From Cyanobium sp. (lineage in GTDB: Bacteria; Cyanobacteriota; Cyanobacteriia; PCC-6307; Cyanobiaceae): 40,208 nt of DNA. The position numbers and the translations under genes are program-made. This document shows, piece by piece, positions 1 through 8,480 of the stretch. Under the pieces are notes generated by a model. It did not search any database. It worked only from the letters and a program-made list of their open reading frames with translations, and was not told the origin of the DNA. The stretch is taken from NCBI GenBank assembly GCA_044352805.1, contig JBILDB010000001.1:1-40208 (forward strand), given 5' to 3'. Position 1 is the first letter of the stretch. Each line of letters begins with the position of its first letter.

Positions 1-16
1 AGTCTCGCCATCCGCA
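1..16 (+). tRNA. 3' end of a tRNA, most likely tRNA-Leu (truncated by window edge)
   Basis: The window opens with AGTCTCGCCATCCGCA. This matches my recollection of the T-loop end, T-stem 3' strand, acceptor stem (CATCCGC, pairing with GCGGATG) and discriminator A of cyanobacterial tRNA-Leu. No CCA is encoded. Only 16 nt are visible. Confidence 0.55.
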
Positions 17-56
17 TGATTTTTTTGATCAGACCCTCCCACGGCGAGACATTTTT

Positions 57-1439
57 GTGTCTTCTCAGGCAGAGGCCGCCATTGTTTTGGTGAGTAATGG
101 GCCCGGTGAGCTGAGCACCTGGGTCAGGCCTTTGGCGCTCAGATTGCATGAGCAGTGGGCCCTGCGCCCTTGTTATCCCCATGCCATTTGCGCCCTGCAC
201 CTTGTGCTTGTTCCCTGTCCCAATGGCACAGGCCAGGAAGCTTCAGTCGCCAGGCGTTGGCAACTTTTTGATCGGGTGTTACCCGCCGTCCGCTTCTGGT
301 GGTTGCTTTTGAGGCCTGGTCGCCACGGCCCTTGGCCGCGTCAAGGTGTAGTGGTTTTTCTAGGTGGTGACCAATTTTGGACGGTCCTGCTTGCGGCCCG
401 CCTCGGCTATCGCCATCTCACCTACGCCGAATGGGTGGCCCGCTGGCCCCGCTGGAATGATCGCTTGGCCCTGATGGGATCTGCGGCCTCGTCTCGGCTG
501 GCCCCCCGCTGGCGCAGTCGAGCACAGGTTGTCGGTGACTTAATGGCAGATCTTGACAAAGGCCAGACGGAAGATTCCGCCTTGGCTGAGGGGGAATGGA
601 TCGCCCTTTTGCCGGGTTCGAAGCGGGCCAAGCTTCAAGTGGGGATGCCTTTTTTGCTGCAGACCGCCGATTGCCTGGCCAGTTTGCGGCCAGGATGTCG
701 CTTTTTGCTGCCGGTGGCCCCAACCACCTCCGTGGCTGAGCTGATGGCATTTGCCGGACCCTCCAATTCGATCACAACTCACTTTGGAGGCGGCCAACCA
801 ACTTTGGAGCGCAGTGGAGATCCCAGCGGTCGTGATGTCCTTCGCACTGCCGGCGGCCAGGCCATCGTTTTGGTGCAGGAGCACCCGGCCCATGCAATCT
901 TGAGTCAGTGCTCGCTTGCCCTGACCACGGTGGGGGCTAACACCGCGGAACTAGGGGCACTGGGGTTGCCCATGCTGGTGCTTCTACCCACCCAGCACCT
1001 GGAGGTCATGCAGGCTTGGGACGGTTGGATGGGACTGTTGGCACGGCTGCCATTGTTGCGGCGACTTGTTGGTGTGGCCTTGACAGCTTGGCGTCTGAGG
1101 CATAGGGGTTTTCTCGCCTGGCCCAATATCTCAGCAGGTCGCAGCGTGGTTCCAGAGCATGTGGGCTGCATCACCCCTGCTGGTATCGCTGCGGAAGCGG
1201 CACAGTGGCTTAGACACCCGGAAAAGCTGGCGCTCATGCGCGATGACCTTCGCTCCCTACGGGGAAAGCCTGGGGCCGTAAAGTCCTTGGCTGAAATGGT
1301 CGTGGATCTAGTGCCACCAGGAACGATTCAACCGAGGACGGCGAAATATTCGCCGATCCTGGCCCCATGGGCTGGTTCGCCAAAAGAAATGGATTGGTCA
1401 GAACAGGGGATTGGGCCTAAGGAGCGTAAACTGGAATGA
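57..1439 (+). CDS. Lipid-A-disaccharide synthase (LpxB)-like GT-B fold protein, cyanobacterial family
   Basis: Motifs VLVSNGPGELSTWVRP, FLGGDQFW, ALLPGSKRAK, TTVGANTAELGALGLPMLVLLP and AWPNISAGRSVVPE resemble LpxB-related proteins. GTG start, GC-rich. Confidence 0.75.
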   Translation: MSSQAEAAIVLVSNGPGELSTWVRPLALRLHEQWALRPCYPHAICALHLVLVPCPNGTGQEASVARRWQLFDRVLPAVRFWWLLLRPGRHGPWPRQGVVVFLGGDQFWTVLLAARLGYRHLTYAEWVARWPRWNDRLALMGSAASSRLAPRWRSRAQVVGDLMADLDKGQTEDSALAEGEWIALLPGSKRAKLQVGMPFLLQTADCLASLRPGCRFLLPVAPTTSVAELMAFAGPSNSITTHFGGGQPTLERSGDPSGRDVLRTAGGQAIVLVQEHPAHAILSQCSLALTTVGANTAELGALGLPMLVLLPTQHLEVMQAWDGWMGLLARLPLLRRLVGVALTAWRLRHRGFLAWPNISAGRSVVPEHVGCITPAGIAAEAAQWLRHPEKLALMRDDLRSLRGKPGAVKSLAEMVVDLVPPGTIQPRTAKYSPILAPWAGSPKEMDWSEQGIGPKERKLE

Positions 1440-1542
1440 ACGAAGCATGAAAGATAAGATACTGATTAAATCACGGCCATTAGGGGAGCGACTGGATCGG
1501 GATCGACTGTTGACTTTTGCTTGGAGTGCCGGAATCAGAGAG

Positions 1543-1548
1543 TATAAT
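1543..1548 (+). promoter_or_regulatory. Candidate sigma70 -10 box (TATAAT) for fcl-galE
   Basis: Perfect TATAAT in the intergenic region about 24 nt upstream of the ATG at 1572. Only a weak -35 is present (TTGGAG at 1521-1526, 16-nt spacer). Confidence 0.45.
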
Positions 1549-1571
1549 TGCGCTGGTCTTATGGCCGGCCA

Positions 1572-2564
1572 ATGGCAGATGTTTTACCCATGACAGCGCT
1601 CCTTCGTTCCGAAGACAGAATCTTTGTGGCTGGTCATAGGGGGATGGCTGGTTCTTCCATCGTTCGCTGTCTCCAGAAAAGGGGCTACGGGAATATCTTC
1701 ACAGTTTCCCGTCAAGACGTTGATCTTGTTGATGCAGACGCTGTTTCTCAATGGTTTACTGAAAATCGCCCTGATGTTGTCGTCCTTGCAGCCGCAAAAG
1801 TAGGTGGTATCCAGGCAAATAACACCTACCCGGCAGATTTTCTGCTTGAAAATCTAAAAATACAAAACAATGTCATTGAATCCGCTTGGCGATCTGGCTC
1901 CCGCAGGCTATTGTTTTTAGGAAGTAGTTGTATTTATCCTAAGTTTGCGGAGCAGCCTATACGCGAGGAATCGTTATTGACAGGTTCCTTGGAGCCTACT
2001 AACGAATGGTATGCTATAGCAAAAATAACTGGAATTCAATTATGTCGTGCTTTGCGTATTCAGTATGGATTTGATGCTATAAGTTTGATGCCTACCAATC
2101 TTTATGGACCCGGGGATAATTATCATTCTACAAACAGTCATGTTCTGCCAGCTTTGATTAGGCGTTTTCAAGAGGCCCATAAGTTAGCCGCCCCCACAGT
2201 GGAGTGCTGGGGAAGTGGGACGCCTCGCAGAGAATTTTTACATGTGGACGATCTTGCCGATGCTGTCCTATTCTGTCTTGAGCATTGGCAGCCCGATCCC
2301 CATGAGATTCAGTTTATGAATGTGGGTACGGGCACGGATGTGTCGATCAAGGAATTGGCTGAAAGCGTGGCAGCGGCTGTTGGTTTTACCGGATGCATCA
2401 CTTGGGACTCCAGCAAGCCAGATGGCACCCCACGCAAGTTGCTTGATGTTTCACGGCTGGCTTCCCTCGGCTGGAAAGCTTCGATCCCCTTGGACACCGG
2501 ACTTAAGCAAACCGTGATCGATTACGTTGCTAGTCTTAATCGCGGTGAGGATTTACGCCTGTGA
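1572..2564 (+). CDS. fcl: GDP-L-fucose synthase (GDP-4-keto-6-deoxymannose epimerase/reductase)
   Basis: Motifs IFVAGHRGMAGS, AAAKVGGIQAN, LGSSCIYPK, YAIAK, MPTNLYGPGDN, SHVLPALIRRF, WGSGTPRREFLHVDD and KPDGTPRKLLD. Start is ATG 1572 or 1590 rather than TTG 1548. Confidence 0.95.
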   Translation: MADVLPMTALLRSEDRIFVAGHRGMAGSSIVRCLQKRGYGNIFTVSRQDVDLVDADAVSQWFTENRPDVVVLAAAKVGGIQANNTYPADFLLENLKIQNNVIESAWRSGSRRLLFLGSSCIYPKFAEQPIREESLLTGSLEPTNEWYAIAKITGIQLCRALRIQYGFDAISLMPTNLYGPGDNYHSTNSHVLPALIRRFQEAHKLAAPTVECWGSGTPRREFLHVDDLADAVLFCLEHWQPDPHEIQFMNVGTGTDVSIKELAESVAAAVGFTGCITWDSSKPDGTPRKLLDVSRLASLGWKASIPLDTGLKQTVIDYVASLNRGEDLRL

Positions 2565-3619
2565 GAATCCTGGTTACTGGTGGAGCCGGTTACATCGGCA
2601 GCCATGCCGTTCGCGCCCTTACCCAAGCCGGTCACGAACCGGTTGTTTTAGACAACCTCGTCTATGGACATCGTGAGATTGTCGAGAAAGTCCTGAAGGT
2701 TCCTCTTGCGTGTGGCCAGCTCGGGGATAGGCCCATGCTTGAAGCTCTGTTGCGGGGGTATCACCCTTGTGTTCGAGGCACAAGCATGGAAGCCAAACCC
2801 ATTGAGGCAGTAATTCATTTTGCAGCCTATGCTTACGTTGGTGAATCTGTCAGTGATCCTGCAAAATACTATCGAAACAATCTGGGTGATACTCTAACAC
2901 TTCTTGAAGCCATGCTTGCCATGGCCAAGGAACAAGACAAATTGCCCATACCCATAGTTTTCTCTTCCACATGTGCAACCTACGGACCGCCGCAACAGAT
3001 TCCCATGACTGAAGATCATAAACAGAATCCCATAAATCCCTATGGCCAAAGTAAGTTAATGGTAGAAAGACTGTTAATTGATTTTGCAAGTGCCTATAAA
3101 TTACCTAGCGTAATTTTCCGTTATTTTAATGCTGCTGGTGCAGATCCTTCGGCGGAAATCGGCGAAGATCATGATCCGGAAACACACTTAATCCCGAGGG
3201 TTCTTGATGCCATGAGTGGCCGAGAGCCCTATCTTCAAATCTTTGGAGACGATTACCCAACCCCCGATGGAACTTGTATAAGGGATTATATTCATGTTTC
3301 GGATTTGGCCGATGCCCATGTACTTGGCCTGGAAAGAATCTGGCGTTTACAAGAAAAGCAAGAGGTGATTTCCCAGCCGCTTATCTATAATCTTGGTAAT
3401 GGCACGGGTTATTCAGTGCAACAAGTTATTGAAACAGCCAAGAAGGTTACTGGACGCGGATTACTCGCCCACGTGGCCAAGAGAAGGTCTGGTGATCCCG
3501 CCCAACTTGTTGCCAGTTCAGTTAAGGCTCATCATGAGCTTGGCTGGCGTCCCCGCTATCCTGACCTTGAGACGATTCTGGCCCACGCATGGGCTTGGCA
3601 CCAGAAACGCCACCCCTGA
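2561..3619 (+). CDS. galE: UDP-glucose 4-epimerase
   Basis: Motifs ILVTGGAGYIGSH, HFAAYAYVGES, FSSTCATYG, YGQSK, FRYFNAAGAD and DGTCIRDYIHV. GTGA overlap with fcl. Confidence 0.93.
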   Translation: MRILVTGGAGYIGSHAVRALTQAGHEPVVLDNLVYGHREIVEKVLKVPLACGQLGDRPMLEALLRGYHPCVRGTSMEAKPIEAVIHFAAYAYVGESVSDPAKYYRNNLGDTLTLLEAMLAMAKEQDKLPIPIVFSSTCATYGPPQQIPMTEDHKQNPINPYGQSKLMVERLLIDFASAYKLPSVIFRYFNAAGADPSAEIGEDHDPETHLIPRVLDAMSGREPYLQIFGDDYPTPDGTCIRDYIHVSDLADAHVLGLERIWRLQEKQEVISQPLIYNLGNGTGYSVQQVIETAKKVTGRGLLAHVAKRRSGDPAQLVASSVKAHHELGWRPRYPDLETILAHAWAWHQKRHP

Positions 3620-4712
3620 GCTGTGATTTTTTGGAGCTTTCTGGAGCCCAAGGACGGGCGAGTGGTTCGCCAATAAAGAGTCCTTGTCCCGGCATTGCGA
3701 CACTACGCCAATAAGACTCAATTAGGGAATCTCCCCTAAGGTAGTAAGTTAAAAATAGACCAGGATGTGGAAATTTGGCAGTATAATTACACGGCTCTAC
3801 AACGGTGCCGTAGCTACCTGTTGCGCCGGCATCAAGCCACCTTAACGCACTCATTTGAGTAGTGTCTGTCAGATTTCCTCCAAAAGATGTAAGGTGATCA
3901 GCGACAGCACCTGGTAAAAAATGGTTTGTGTTTATCTTTTCTACCCATTTTAATCCCGTGAAATAAATCATAACATCCTGAGCGTTGCTTAAAGTATCAG
4001 AGTGAAATATTCTAAGCTTAAATTTATTGCCAACACTTCGTTTTGTTTCGTCGAATAGTGAGGCTCTGCTGTTTCTGGCGGGATCACTGGTACTCATTAA
4101 ATAGCCTGTTCCCGCCGGCGCACTGCCGTCAGAAGATAAGCCCTTGCGAATCAAAGTCTTAGCCTGATTAATGTTACTGGCAGCCAGTAACATTGTTGGA
4201 CGTAGCTTTAATTCTTCCCATGGCTTATTAACATCACCTCTTGCATAATAGGGATTTAAACGCGTTGATTTACATGAGCGTTGGCAAAGGCCAGGTTCTA
4301 TCCCGTAGGCGAAGGCGCTGGTGATCGATTGGCAGCCAACGCGGTAGGGTTTCGTCCAAGCCAATGCAAACGCTTGAACATGCTGGGGGACTCTCTTGTT
4401 AACATCTCGCAAAATCCAACGGAATTGAGATACTGGTAATTCACTGACATCGGTAGGTAAGGATATATGAATGACCTGGCTGCTCGGAATCAATCTCTTT
4501 TTGACATAAAAGGCGCCAATCTCCACACTGTAAGGATCCTGGTCATTGATAACCACAGCCAAATTTTTGGAATCAATGCCACTTGCCGGCATTGATTCAG
4601 ATATCATGGGCTTGCGGTTATGTCCTAAGTCTGAATTTATCAATAGTAAGCCCGTCAACAGGAATAACACACTAGGCCTTATGGCAATTTTAAACTGATT
4701 AAATATAACCAT
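3522..4712 (-). CDS. TIGR03790 family protein (exosortase-associated, secreted, uncharacterised)
   Basis: N-terminal signal-like segment, then LAVVINDQDPYSVEIGAFY, RPTMLLAA, YFTG, GAVADHLTSFGG, WLDAGATGSYGTVVEPCN and IGEPLARPW. Confidence 0.8.
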   Translation of the reverse strand: MVIFNQFKIAIRPSVLFLLTGLLLINSDLGHNRKPMISESMPASGIDSKNLAVVINDQDPYSVEIGAFYVKKRLIPSSQVIHISLPTDVSELPVSQFRWILRDVNKRVPQHVQAFALAWTKPYRVGCQSITSAFAYGIEPGLCQRSCKSTRLNPYYARGDVNKPWEELKLRPTMLLAASNINQAKTLIRKGLSSDGSAPAGTGYLMSTSDPARNSRASLFDETKRSVGNKFKLRIFHSDTLSNAQDVMIYFTGLKWVEKINTNHFLPGAVADHLTSFGGNLTDTTQMSALRWLDAGATGSYGTVVEPCNYTAKFPHPGLFLTYYLRGDSLIESYWRSVAMPGQGLFIGEPLARPWAPESSKKSQLRGGVSGAKPMRGPESSQGQDSGDASQAHDEP

Positions 4713-5042
4713 TATGGAGTTTGTTTGCTCGGATAAATCATATCGATTCTAGTTGTCGACACCAGCAGTTGTAGTTATTCTATTCTAGTGGGCATCCAGG
4801 CCTGTACCTCACCATTACGCTGGAATTCTTCAGGCTGTCTGAAGGCCTTCTCCCCAGCAGGCTGAAAACTTTCGTGGTATAGTCAGCAGGATTTGCGCTC
4901 GGGACGAACTTGAGTAGTTAATGCTTCGACCAAGATGCTGCTAAAATCAAATTCGAGTTTTGAAGATTAGTCACGATCCCAATTTCACATTGAAGTTAAA
5001 AAACTTGCCAGGCATTTCTCTCTCGCAAAATTCATCCAAGTC

Positions 5043-6599
5043 ATGATGAGTGATACGACTATTAAAAGTTTGCGGCAAATCGGCTATACGGAGTATTCTG
5101 ACCAAGAACTCCTTGAATTATTTCTAAGTCAAGGTATTCAGGCGCTCAGAGATATAAGCGGCGAGTATGTCTTAATCTTGGAAGGTGACAACGAATGCGC
5201 GATTATCACCTCTCCTGTTGGAGCTATGCACTACTATTACCTTTATGATGGCAATCGTTTCTACCACGGATCCAAAATTATTAATATTCTTAATCAAGCA
5301 GCTATACCTTGGCAATGGAATTGGTCTTCCTTGGGTGATTTATGTCAACTTGAAAACCTTACAAATAATCAAACATTGCATCAGTCGATTAGGCGAGTAC
5401 CACCAGGCACCAGTCTTTACTATAAGAACCGTCAGCTCAATCTAGACGTCAAGTCTTACATAGACTCAATTCCGTCGCTTCGTCCAGATCCCAGCGCTGC
5501 TGTAAGTGCTATGAATCTAGAAGTGTCGACTTGGTCGGGAAATAATCCCTATCTATCCCTGTCCGGGGGGTTTGATTCCAGGGTCATTTTGGGATCGATG
5601 TTACAGCAGGGAATTCAGCCCCATTTGATTACAATGGGCAATGATCAGTGCTCCGATGTGAGGACGGCAAAAGCAATTGCATCAGAATACAGTTTATCCC
5701 ATGATTTAGTTAGAATTACTATTAATGATTTCTTTGAGCACGCTGCCAGGATTTCATTATTAACTAATGGTACCAAGACCGCTTGGCATTGGCATACCTA
5801 CCTCTATCCTTTGAAGGCCAGGATTCCAACTGAAAGCAGCTTCTTTGTTGGTACTTTAGGAGAATTTGCTCGTTCGTATTATTTTGATAAAGGTAAATTA
5901 GGTATAATGGCAGGATTGAATCCTAATTTGGCACTTCAGAAATTCTGGAATATGAAACTCAATCGTCATCCGACATTTCTCCCCCATGAGTTATCTTCAC
6001 TACATAGTAAATTCACCGAGCAACTATCTTCCCAGGGCATTGATTCCCGGGCGGATAGACTTACTAGCTATTGTAAACAGAAATTTTTGCCTGGTTTAAC
6101 CCGTTATTACTTTGAACAAAGAGTGCCTAATTTTTATGCTAACGGCATCTCAATGTACATGGACTCCAGTCGATGGCGATCTCCCTTCCATAGTCGTCGT
6201 TGGATTGATCAAATCTGGAATCTGCCAGCATCATGGAAGTTAGGATCTAATTGGCATAGATATGCCATTAATGTGAATATGCCTAAATTATTAGACTTTC
6301 CAGAAGAAAATGGTTTCGTTTCCAACAGAATGCTTAAGAAAGCTCCACCCTTTTATTGGACATCTGCAATGCGAAGAACCCCCTATATTAGTTATGACTT
6401 AAGTTCTGAATGGTATCGGGATCCTGTGCTCCAAGATTTTATTTATACTAACCGGCAATCTATAGATGATCTAATTGATCCAACTTTAGTTGCATCAATT
6501 CTTAGTAGCCACAAATCAGGTAATGACAGGACTCGCACGCTAGCTTTTCTGCTTACCATGATTTATTGGAAGCAAAATTTGCATAGGCATAATTTATAG
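5043..6599 (+). CDS. Asparagine synthase-related ATP-dependent amide ligase with degenerate N-terminal glutaminase domain
   Basis: PP-loop LSLSGGFDSRVIL, TLHQSIRRVPPG and RSPF motifs. Lacks the N-terminal MCG nucleophile. Confidence 0.75.
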   Translation: MMSDTTIKSLRQIGYTEYSDQELLELFLSQGIQALRDISGEYVLILEGDNECAIITSPVGAMHYYYLYDGNRFYHGSKIINILNQAAIPWQWNWSSLGDLCQLENLTNNQTLHQSIRRVPPGTSLYYKNRQLNLDVKSYIDSIPSLRPDPSAAVSAMNLEVSTWSGNNPYLSLSGGFDSRVILGSMLQQGIQPHLITMGNDQCSDVRTAKAIASEYSLSHDLVRITINDFFEHAARISLLTNGTKTAWHWHTYLYPLKARIPTESSFFVGTLGEFARSYYFDKGKLGIMAGLNPNLALQKFWNMKLNRHPTFLPHELSSLHSKFTEQLSSQGIDSRADRLTSYCKQKFLPGLTRYYFEQRVPNFYANGISMYMDSSRWRSPFHSRRWIDQIWNLPASWKLGSNWHRYAINVNMPKLLDFPEENGFVSNRMLKKAPPFYWTSAMRRTPYISYDLSSEWYRDPVLQDFIYTNRQSIDDLIDPTLVASILSSHKSGNDRTRTLAFLLTMIYWKQNLHRHNL

Positions 6600-6607
6600 A
6601 ATCTATC

Positions 6608-7534
6608 ATGACATTGAATCATCAAGGATTATCAAGAAATCCACTCTATGGTTGGCCGTCGCCACTATCTCTTCAAGAGCCACCGCTTCCCCAAAGAGAA
6701 GTTCATAGCGATCCCAACCCTGGTTTGAAAATTTCAATTGTAATACCAACTTTGAATCAAGGTAATACGATTGAAGACACAATTCTGTCCATTATAAATC
6801 AAAATTATCCTTATTATGAAATTATAATCATGGATGGTGGAAGTAATGATGCTACTCTTGATGTTATAAACCGTTATAGACCCTATTTGGCTCATGTAAC
6901 TTCAGCACCTGACAAGGGTCAGTCACAAGCAATAAATAGGGGATTTCAGTGGGCAACTGGTGATATTTTTGCTTGGCTTAATTCTGATGATTTTTATCTA
7001 CCAGGAGCACTTTCGAAAGTAGCCAAAGCCTTCTCAGATCCTAATGTTGAGTTTCTGGTTGGGGCTGGTGACGTTATTTCTATGGAAGATGAATTTTTAC
7101 GCTTTATTCCTGAACGTATTTTAAATCGGGAGGCGTTGATTGACTGGAAGAATGATCGCTGGATTATGCAACAATCTTGTTTTTGGAAATCATCTTTATG
7201 GCATAAAGTAGGTGGGGTAGATGAAAGCCTAGGACTCTTGATGGATTACGATCTTTGGTTTAAATTTTCATCAAGTTGCCAGCCCACCGCATTAGATCAG
7301 AAGTTGGGCATTATGCGCTATTATCCAGATGCAAAGACAGTTAAGTTTCGAAGCAAGACCAACCAAGAACTTGCTTATGTATATGCTAAGTATGGTCTTT
7401 TTGATGAACTCAGGGAGTTGGTTGCTTCTATCACAGATAAAAGTCTTGAGTTAGAGACTAAGCTTTGGACTATTGAATCTAGTCTCCCTATCCGGTTACT
7501 CAAACGACTTTATCTTTTCCCCATTTCTCACTGA
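6608..7534 (+). CDS. Glycosyltransferase family 2
   Basis: Motifs ISIVIPTLNQG, IMDGGSNDAT, DKGQSQAINRG, AWLNSDDFY, QQSCFW and MDYDLW. Confidence 0.92.
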   Translation: MTLNHQGLSRNPLYGWPSPLSLQEPPLPQREVHSDPNPGLKISIVIPTLNQGNTIEDTILSIINQNYPYYEIIIMDGGSNDATLDVINRYRPYLAHVTSAPDKGQSQAINRGFQWATGDIFAWLNSDDFYLPGALSKVAKAFSDPNVEFLVGAGDVISMEDEFLRFIPERILNREALIDWKNDRWIMQQSCFWKSSLWHKVGGVDESLGLLMDYDLWFKFSSSCQPTALDQKLGIMRYYPDAKTVKFRSKTNQELAYVYAKYGLFDELRELVASITDKSLELETKLWTIESSLPIRLLKRLYLFPISH

Positions 7535-7543
7535 TAGATTATT

Positions 7544-8434
7544 ATGAATCATTTTAGCAGGTCAATTTTTGTTGGTATAACAAGTTGGAATAGTCAACTA
7601 TTCCTTCCCCATTGCCTTCGATCTCTCACTGAGACTACTCAAGGTCAAGATATTTCCATTTGTGTTTTAGATAATAACTCAACAGATGATTCGGTTGCTA
7701 TTGCGCGATCATTTGGGGTTGAAGTCATTCAGATGGCATGCACTCAGCCACAAGCACTTAGCTTTCTCATTAATCGCTCGCGGGCTGATTATACATTGTT
7801 AATTCATGCCGACGTTATACTTATTGATCCACGTTGGCCTTCCCTTTGTATAGACAAGATCAATGAGTCAGTTGTGCTGGTATCTCCAGAGGATATTGGC
7901 TGTGGTCCCATGACTCGTCCTTTTGGGCTTAACAAGCCTGAAAGTTCATTTATGTTTTTTAATACTAAACTTATCAAACAATGTCGTCATCTGGTCTTGT
8001 TCCCGACTCGCAACAGTTTTTTCCCTCGCTATGAATTCGATTTTAATGGTCATCATGTAACCCATGATATCCCCGCCACTTTGTCAAGACACGGATTCCG
8101 ATGGTTCGCCATGAATGTCTTAACTTCTAATGTTGTTAGTGAACCCCTGTTCAGGCCTTCTAAACCTCCAACAGTTTGGTCCGATGAATTGATGTATTTG
8201 CGCTATGGCCTGGGAAACTTTTATAGCATTGATGGCATAATCACCCACTATCATAATTGGTATGATAGAATATCTACAAAGTCCCATACCTCTATTGCCG
8301 CTGTTGAGAGTAAAAAAGATTTTCCAGTAGAGTTTATTCATGACTATACGATCAGATTCTTGTCTGATTATCAGCACAATAGTTTAGACTTACCTATTGA
8401 TATGAACATACGTCGCTATCCAAAGGCCCTTTGA
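7544..8434 (+). CDS. Divergent GT-A/GT2-like glycosyltransferase
   Basis: N-terminal VGITSWNS, VLDNNSTDDS and LLIHADV (DxD position). The C-terminal half is not recognised. Confidence 0.7.
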   Translation: MNHFSRSIFVGITSWNSQLFLPHCLRSLTETTQGQDISICVLDNNSTDDSVAIARSFGVEVIQMACTQPQALSFLINRSRADYTLLIHADVILIDPRWPSLCIDKINESVVLVSPEDIGCGPMTRPFGLNKPESSFMFFNTKLIKQCRHLVLFPTRNSFFPRYEFDFNGHHVTHDIPATLSRHGFRWFAMNVLTSNVVSEPLFRPSKPPTVWSDELMYLRYGLGNFYSIDGIITHYHNWYDRISTKSHTSIAAVESKKDFPVEFIHDYTIRFLSDYQHNSLDLPIDMNIRRYPKAL

Positions 8435-8480
8435 GTGTTTTGTGTTTCATGTTTTCTTCTTAACCGATCCAATTTTCTAG

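Noticed and set aside
1461-4704. Shared 11-mer ACTGATTAAAT at 1461 and 4694 as a regulatory motif or target duplication
   Set aside because: Matches of this length are expected by chance in 40 kb, and the second copy is inside a coding region.
4713-5042. Small ORF, ncRNA or mobile-element remnant in the largest intergenic gap
   Set aside because: Only short palindromes (CTTCAG/CTGAAG, GAAGGCCTTC) and no convincing ORF were seen. The simplest reading is a divergent promoter region.
5043-6599. Lasso peptide cyclase interpretation of the degenerate asparagine synthase
   Set aside because: No B1/RRE or B2 protease gene and no precursor-like ORF was seen nearby, and the context is purely glycan biosynthesis.
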